Below the pieces are notes generated by a model. That model did no database searches and was not told where the DNA came from. It was given only the letters and a program-made list of their open reading frames with translations. This document shows positions 26,464-31,149 of a stretch of 31,149 bases of DNA, piece after piece. Position 1 is the first letter of the stretch, and each line of letters begins with the position of its first letter. The DNA is from a virus (lineage: Duplodnaviria > Caudoviricetes): IMG/VR virus record IMGVR_UViG_3300025571_000145, positions 1 to 31,149 of that record, one strand, 5' to 3'. The position numbers were made by a program, and so were the translations under genes.

Positions 26464-26581
26464 TCTTTGGCTTTCGGGTCGTGCCGCCCGCGTGCGCCTG
26501 GGCTGGGCTGTCCGGGTGCGTCAGTAGAGGGGAGCGCGGGCGGCCCTCTTGTTTCTCAGGGGAGGCGTGTTGGAGGTCCCC

Positions 26582-26890
26582 GTGCAGCAGCCCACCCTCG
26601 GCGAGCTCGCCCGCACGCTGGAGCGCCTCGAGGCGGAGGTGTCGCGGCGGCTTGACCAGATTTGCGAGCAGATGAGCCACATGATCACCCGCGATCTGCA
26701 TAACGCGCACCTGGCTGCGACGCAGGAGGCGATCGCGCAGATCCGTGACGATCTGCGGACGGAGCGGGAGCGGCGCGCAGCAGATCGGCGGATGGTGACG
26801 GGTGCGCTGTTGACGGCCGCGTTATCGCTGGTGGTGACGGTTGTGGGTGCGGCGTTGATGATCGCGCTGCGCTTGCAGGGAGGCGCGTGA
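26582..26890 (+). CDS. Lysis-cassette membrane protein (coiled coil plus C-terminal TM helix)
   Basis: GTG 26582 after GGAGG; PTLGELAR start; TM segment MVTGALLTAALSLVVTVVGAALMIAL; stop overlaps endolysin start. Confidence 0.75.
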   Translation: MQQPTLGELARTLERLEAEVSRRLDQICEQMSHMITRDLHNAHLAATQEAIAQIRDDLRTERERRAADRRMVTGALLTAALSLVVTVVGAALMIALRLQGGA

Positions 26891-27750
26891 TGCCCACTGT
26901 GGAAGCCGTCCGCAGAGAGCTCAAGCGGCATATCGGGTATCGGGAGACGGGGACGAACGACACCGTTTTCAACCGTGAATTCGGGCGGATCCCCGGCTAC
27001 CCGCATGACGGCTACGGCTACCCCTGGTGCCACAGCTTCCTGTCGGTCTGCCTCAAACGCGCCGGGCTGAAGCCGGGCGAGGATTTCCCGTGGACCGCAA
27101 GCTGCCTCAACGGCGTCGACTGGTTCAAAAAACGCGGCCAGTTCGGTAAAACGCCTAAGCCCGGGGCGATGGTCTATTACGGGCCGGACGGCGGCACCCA
27201 CGTGGAGTGGGTGGAAAGGGTCACCGCGGATTCGATCGTCACGATCGGCGGGAACACCTCTGGCACGCTGAATGGGGCCTATTTCAACGGTGACGGCGTC
27301 TACAGCAAGACTGTCGCCCGGTCGAGCTCGCGGATCTACGGCTACGGATATCCGGTTTATAAGGAGGACGACGGCATGCCCAGCGCGAAGGAGATCGCCG
27401 AGGAAGTCTATAAGCGGCTCACCCACACGGTCGCCAAGGGTGTGTGGGCCGAGCGTGAGGGCATTTTCGCCGAGGGGCACCGTATCGATCCGCGGTCGGC
27501 GTTCCGCCAGATTTGGGCCTACTGCAAGGATGCCTACCAGCGGCTGCGCGAGCTCCTGTCCCTGTCGCGGCAGATTCTGGCGAAGCTGGAGGCGCAGGAC
27601 GCCACGATTAAGGCGCTCGTCGAGGCGCTCGCCGCGCGGGACGCGGCGATTGACGCGGATGCGCTGATGGCGCGGATCCGCTCCGAGATCTCCTCGATTC
27701 AGGTCCGGCTGGTGGCCTATGGGGGGCCGCCCGAGGACGAGACGTCCTGA
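26887..27750 (+). CDS. Endolysin with CHAP-family catalytic domain
   Basis: HIGYRE, YPWCHSFLS (Cys), PKPGAMVYY, HVEWVE (His), TIGGNT, IYGYGYPVY; helical C-terminal region. Confidence 0.9.
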   Translation: MMPTVEAVRRELKRHIGYRETGTNDTVFNREFGRIPGYPHDGYGYPWCHSFLSVCLKRAGLKPGEDFPWTASCLNGVDWFKKRGQFGKTPKPGAMVYYGPDGGTHVEWVERVTADSIVTIGGNTSGTLNGAYFNGDGVYSKTVARSSSRIYGYGYPVYKEDDGMPSAKEIAEEVYKRLTHTVAKGVWAEREGIFAEGHRIDPRSAFRQIWAYCKDAYQRLRELLSLSRQILAKLEAQDATIKALVEALAARDAAIDADALMARIRSEISSIQVRLVAYGGPPEDETS

Positions 27751-27777
27751 TCGGAGATTGGCTTTCTTCCCTGGGAC

Positions 27778-27804
27778 GCGCCCTCAAGGTGGGGGCGCTG
27801 TTTT
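27778..27804 (+). terminator. Possible intrinsic terminator after endolysin
   Basis: GCGCCCTC-AAGGT-GGGGGCGC followed by TGTTTT. Confidence 0.55.
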
Positions 27805-27820
27805 GTGTGTTGGAGGAGTT

Positions 27821-28384
27821 TTGAGACGCATTCTCAGCGGCGTCGTGCTCGCCGTTACCGCTGTGCTGCTGGTGGCTCTGACCGCGCCCACCGCCCACGC
27901 GGCGGCGCGGCGGGACATCGATGGCCTGGTGATCGGGCAGGTCGGCTACAACGCCGTCGGGCCCGACCGGCTCTGGAACCGTAACCAGGAGCACGTCGAC
28001 GTCAGCAACGTCGGCCCGTCTGCGGTCAACGTCAAGGGCCTGGTCGTGGAGGACTCGTGGGCTCGAGCGAACCGGGCCACCAACGACAAGGGGTGCAACA
28101 CCTTCACGGTGAACTCGCTGCCCGGTGTCGACGAGGTCGACGGCAAGCTGATGCTGCAGCCGCGGCACACGATCCGCGTCTACGTCGGCCAGGGCACCCC
28201 GCGCACCTTCGGTTTCGGCAACCGGATTCACGCCGTGTACATGAACCACGGCGTGGGTGACACCGCCGGCTGCGGTTACAACGGCCATTTCCTGAACAAC
28301 ACCCACGACCGGGTGTGGATCAAGCTCGGTGACAGTGAGAAGTCCAAGGCTTACGACTTCCGCCACGGCTACTACCTCCGGTAA
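27821..28384 (+). CDS. Secreted lamin-tail-domain (LTD)-like protein
   Basis: TTG 27821 after GGAGGAG; Sec signal ending AHA; LVIGQVGYNAVGPD...NQEHVDVSNVGPSAVNVKGLVVED...TIRVYVGQG...FLNNTHDRVWI follows the LTD pattern. Confidence 0.8.
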   Translation: MRRILSGVVLAVTAVLLVALTAPTAHAAARRDIDGLVIGQVGYNAVGPDRLWNRNQEHVDVSNVGPSAVNVKGLVVEDSWARANRATNDKGCNTFTVNSLPGVDEVDGKLMLQPRHTIRVYVGQGTPRTFGFGNRIHAVYMNHGVGDTAGCGYNGHFLNNTHDRVWIKLGDSEKSKAYDFRHGYYLR

Positions 28385-28407
28385 TTCCCTGCTTTTAGGA
28401 GGGGCGC

Positions 28408-28680
28408 ATGTCCCTGTCTGACGTGATCGCGTCGCTGATCCGTACCTGGGTCGCTGTCTGGGTGCCCGTTGCCGTGAGCTGGCTCGCCAGCTTCGGTGTC
28501 GAGGTGCCGGTCGAGCCGGCCACCGCGGTGGTCGTCGCCGCTCTGATCAGCGGCTACTACACGGTGGTCAGGCTGCTGGAGGCCCGCTGGCCGTGGGTCG
28601 GCACCCTGCTCGGGTGGAAGGCTCAGCCGACCTACCAGAAGAGTGAGGATTCGACGGTGGTCCGCCTGCCCGGCTCGTGA
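28408..28680 (+). CDS. Putative holin
   Basis: AGGAGG SD; 90 aa with two hydrophobic helices; SLIRTWV and YYTVVRLLEARWPWVGTLLG; near endolysin. Confidence 0.75.
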   Translation: MSLSDVIASLIRTWVAVWVPVAVSWLASFGVEVPVEPATAVVVAALISGYYTVVRLLEARWPWVGTLLGWKAQPTYQKSEDSTVVRLPGS

Positions 28681-28723
28681 TGACCGGGTCCGCGTCGCCT
28701 CCTCTGCGGGGGTGATGTGGTGT

Positions 28724-28764
28724 GCCCTGCCTGCCCCTTGTGGGGCGGGCAGGGCGCCTTTTTT
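28724..28764 (+). terminator. Intrinsic terminator ending the late operon
   Basis: GCCCTGCCTGCCCC-TTGT-GGGGCGGGCAGGGC then TTTTTT. Confidence 0.85.
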
Positions 28765-28935
28765 GTTTTGTGCGCCGTATGTCTATTTCGCCGGGCAGGC
28801 TGTGATCATTTTCTGGCGTGCCGGTAGCGGGTTTGTGTATTTCGGGAAATGCCGGACGTGTGGGGTTGGGCCGTGGCATGATTGTCACATCGAGCCCAGA
28901 TGGCTCGGGGATCCCCTTTTCTCTGGAGATTCACC

Positions 28936-29424
28936 ATGATGTCCCGTAAGCGTATCCTCGCCGCGGTTTTTGGTGCCGCGGCTCTGATCGCCACCGTCCC
29001 CTCCGCCGCGGCCGCCACCGCCCCCGCCAAGCCGAAGCCGCACAAGCCCGCCGTCACGACCTGGACGCTGTGCGCGCACAAGACCAAGGGCACCGTCCGC
29101 CTCGCCACCAAGCGCCGCCCGTGCACCTGGCGGGAGGAGCGCATCGTGGTCGCCCCCGCCCAGCCGAAGCCCCAGCCGAAGCCGGCCGACGTGCGGCCGG
29201 CGCCGTACTACCTGCGGGACGGCTCCGTCACCAAGCACTGCGCGGCCACGGGCAAGTGGCGCGGCACCTGGGTCGTAGAGTGCAAGCAGGTCGGCGTCAA
29301 GCCGGTGCCCACCCCGGTGCCGTCGCAGACCGCCACCCCGGAGCCGTCGCAGACCGCCAGCCCGGCGCCGCAGTCGACCCGCACCACGCCGGCCAACCCG
29401 CGCGGCCCGCGGGACGCCAGCTGA
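28936..29424 (+). CDS. Secreted basic protein with Cys pairs and Pro/Thr-rich tail
   Basis: ATG 28936 after GGAGA; signal peptide MMSRKRILAAVFGAAALIATVPSAAA; four Cys; own downstream terminator. Confidence 0.75.
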   Translation: MMSRKRILAAVFGAAALIATVPSAAAATAPAKPKPHKPAVTTWTLCAHKTKGTVRLATKRRPCTWREERIVVAPAQPKPQPKPADVRPAPYYLRDGSVTKHCAATGKWRGTWVVECKQVGVKPVPTPVPSQTATPEPSQTASPAPQSTRTTPANPRGPRDAS

Positions 29425-29458
29425 CCTAGCCACTCACTCTCGTCGCTCACACTCGGGT

Positions 29459-29497
29459 AAGGCCCCCGGCTCCGGAATCTGGAGCCGGGGGCCTTTT
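29459..29497 (+). terminator. Intrinsic terminator, possibly bidirectional
   Basis: AAGGCCCCCGGCTCC-GGAATCT-GGAGCCGGGGGCCTT then TT. Confidence 0.85.
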
Positions 29498-29534
29498 CCA
29501 CGACCACAGGGTCTTTCGCAGGGTGCCCCGGCCT

Positions 29535-29735
29535 TCAGGCCGGGGGTGAATGCGACCCCTGCGGAGCAGGGCAAGGAAAGCCGTTACGCTCTTGGGCGGA
29601 ACGGCGTTCAGCCTCTTCGACGGCACGCCGCACTACGGCGATCAACCAGGAGTTCAGGGAGCGGTCGTCGGCGGCGGCAGCGGCCTTGGCGCGCTCGTGC
29701 AGATCGTCGGGCAGTCTCAGGTTCACATGCTTCAT
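29535..29735 (-). CDS. Ribbon-helix-helix (Arc/CopG/HicB-like) DNA-binding protein
   Basis: MKHVNLRLPDDLHERAKAAAAADDRSLNSWLIAVVRRAV: alternating beta strand, helix, RSLN turn, helix; divergent from tnpB. Confidence 0.88.
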   Translation of the reverse strand: MKHVNLRLPDDLHERAKAAAAADDRSLNSWLIAVVRRAVEEAERRSAQERNGFPCPAPQGSHSPPA

Positions 29736-29763
29736 GGGATCATTGTGATGCTAAGATGGTCCC

Positions 29764-30954
29764 ATGTCGAGGTTTCGGATGTACCCCACGCCGCAGCAGG
29801 AGCAGCAGATGCTTCTGCACTGCGCGCACGCCCGGTACGTGTGGAACCTCGCTGTCGAACAGCAGTCGTTTTGGCGTCCGGGCCGCAGGTCCGCGCCAGG
29901 GTTCGCCGAGCAGTGCCGCCAGCTCACCGAGGCCCGCGCCGTGTTCGACTGGCTGCGCGCCGGGTCGGTGAACATCCAGCAGCAGGCGCTCAGGGACTTC
30001 GCCCAGGCGATGGCGAACTACTTCGCCGGGACGCACAGGCGGCCGACCTGGCGCAAGGCGGGACGGCATGAGGGATTCCGTGTCGTCGGCAAGGATTACC
30101 GCGTACGCAAGGTATCCCGGAAGGTCGGCGAGGTCTGGGTGCCCAAAGCGGGATGGGTGCGGTTCCGCCTGTCACGCCCGCTTCCACCGGAAGCGAAGTC
30201 GTACCGGATCACCCGGGACCGTGCGGGCCGTTGGCACGTGGCGTTCGCCGTCGCGCCACACCCGATCCCCGCGCCGGGCACGGGCGAGATAGTCGGGGTG
30301 GACCGGGGTGTCGCCGTGTCGGTGGCGCTGTCCACCGGGGAACTGCTGACCGCGCCAGGCCTGCGCGAGACGGAGAAAGCACGGCTGCGCCGGTTGCAGC
30401 GGAAACTCGCCCGAGCTAAGCGAGGATCTAACCGGCGGGCGCGGGTCAAGCTGGCCATCGCCCGGCTGAGGGCCCGTGAGAGCGATCGGCGCAAGGACTG
30501 GGTGGAGAAGACCTCCACCGACCTCGCGCGCCGGTTCGACATGATCGTCGTCGAGGACCTGAAGATCTCCAACATGATCCGCTCGGCGAAAGGCACCCTC
30601 GACGCGCCGGGCCGTAACGTCCGGCAGAAGTCTGGGCTCAACCGGAGCATCCTCGCCGCCGGGTGGGGACAGCTCGTAACCCGCCTGGAGCACAAGGCTC
30701 CGGGAAGGGTCGTGAAGGTCAATCCCGCGTACACGAGCCAGCGTTGCTCGGCGTGCGGGATCGTGGACCGGGAAGCGCGCGAGAGCCAAGCACGTTACCG
30801 GTGCCGGTCCTGCGGATACGCCGCCAACGCTGATGTGAACGCGGCCAGGAACATCAGGGATACCGCCGCAGGGCATGCGGTGGCTGCGCGGGAAGGGCTT
30901 CGGGTTGCCAGGCCGATGCACCGCGAACCTCAGCCCGTCCTCCTCTCTGTGTAG
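29764..30954 (+). CDS. tnpB: RNA-guided endonuclease TnpB
   Basis: RFRMYPT start, RuvC-I GVDRG, RuvC-II VEDL, YTSQRCSACG...CRSCG, RuvC-III NADVNAARNI; catalytic residues intact. Confidence 0.96.
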   Translation: MSRFRMYPTPQQEQQMLLHCAHARYVWNLAVEQQSFWRPGRRSAPGFAEQCRQLTEARAVFDWLRAGSVNIQQQALRDFAQAMANYFAGTHRRPTWRKAGRHEGFRVVGKDYRVRKVSRKVGEVWVPKAGWVRFRLSRPLPPEAKSYRITRDRAGRWHVAFAVAPHPIPAPGTGEIVGVDRGVAVSVALSTGELLTAPGLRETEKARLRRLQRKLARAKRGSNRRARVKLAIARLRARESDRRKDWVEKTSTDLARRFDMIVVEDLKISNMIRSAKGTLDAPGRNVRQKSGLNRSILAAGWGQLVTRLEHKAPGRVVKVNPAYTSQRCSACGIVDREARESQARYRCRSCGYAANADVNAARNIRDTAAGHAVAAREGLRVARPMHREPQPVLLSV

Positions 30955-31020
30955 AGCGACGGGTTGGAATCCCCCGCCTTCAGGCGGGGGAGGATGTCAA
31001 ACGGAAACGATGATCACCCG
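30866..31020 (+). ncRNA. Predicted omegaRNA of second tnpB element; scaffold ~30866-31000, guide from 31001 (ACGGAAACGATGATCA...)
   Basis: 5' hairpin CCGCA-GGGCA-TGCGG with loop complementary to terminal TGTC(AA). Confidence 0.72.
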
Positions 31021-31043
31021 CGAGGATGTGCTCGCGCGCGAGC

Positions 31044-31149
31044 TCAGAGGTGTCCGCTGAGCTCGCGGCGGTAGGTGAGCCACGCGGCGGCGGCGTCGGC
31101 GGCGCGCCGGCGCCGCGCGCGCAGCTCGTGCGGGCCGCGCTCGGCCATC
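31044..31149 (-). CDS. 3' end of a hypothetical protein entering from the right edge
   Basis: Minus frame ...MAERGPHELRARRRRAADAAAAWLTYRRELSGHL* with GC3-rich codons. Confidence 0.4.
   Translation of the reverse strand, partial: MAERGPHELRARRRRAADAAAAWLTYRRELSGHL

Larger units (their letters stand above)
29508..31000 (+). mobile_element. tnpA-less IS200/IS605-family (IS1341-like) element with RHH gene and tnpB, probably inserted 3' of CCAC
   Basis: LE hairpin CCCCGGCC-TTCA-GGCCGGGG (29526-29545) preceded by GGTG, predicting CCNC; CCAC at 29504-29507 (alternative at 29498-29501); right end GAAT, hairpin, TCAA (30997-31000). Confidence 0.85.
1..31149 (+). mobile_element. Late region of an actinobacterial siphophage/prophage; boundaries lie outside the window
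   Basis: Canonical order HNH-terS-terL-portal-MuF-scaffold-capsid-connectors-tail tube-chaperones-tape measure-tail tip-endolysin-holin, nearly all on + strand, many genes abutting or overlapping. Confidence 0.97.

Noticed and set aside
774-30954. Nuclease-dead TnpB (TldR-like) regulators
   Set aside because: Both proteins keep the RuvC D-E-D residues and sit within intact IS ends.
2017-31020. omegaRNA guides targeting other sites in this window
   Set aside because: By eye only short partial matches were found (e.g. CTGAGGCT at 7066 and 9316) without the predicted TAM; a computational search would be needed to exclude this fully.
1-31149. tRNA, rRNA, integrase or att sites
   Set aside because: None recognisable; the lysogeny module, if present, lies outside the window.

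Overview
GC-rich window that is almost entirely the late (packaging, head, tail, lysis) region of an actinobacterial long-tailed temperate phage or prophage. On the + strand it reads: HNH endonuclease (partial), putative cos region, small and large terminase, portal, MuF-like head protein, scaffold, major capsid, head-tail connectors, major tail protein, frameshifting tail chaperones, tape measure with NlpC/P60 domain, tail-tip proteins, CHAP endolysin and holin. No integrase, repressor or att site is visible. Two features stand out. (1) Two paralogous GT4 glycosyltransferases are interleaved with the capsid and head-tail genes, and both capsid and tail-tube proteins end in Ser, suggesting a virion-glycosylation module. 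(2) Four co-oriented IS200/IS605-family insertions: a complete tnpA/tnpB element, a 198-bp protein-less element reduced to a left end plus an apparently complete omegaRNA scaffold, an orphan left end, and an RHH-gene/tnpB element. Their ends predict three target motifs (TGAC, TGAT, CCAC) and the three omegaRNAs show compensatory pseudoknot changes. Other signals: GNCA(T/G)-pentaloop hairpins covering the terS and scaffold ribosome-binding sites, phased 11-bp repeats near the putative cos, an internal start in the endolysin, and three exported accessory proteins. Product calls come from motif recognition and gene order only; no searches were run.
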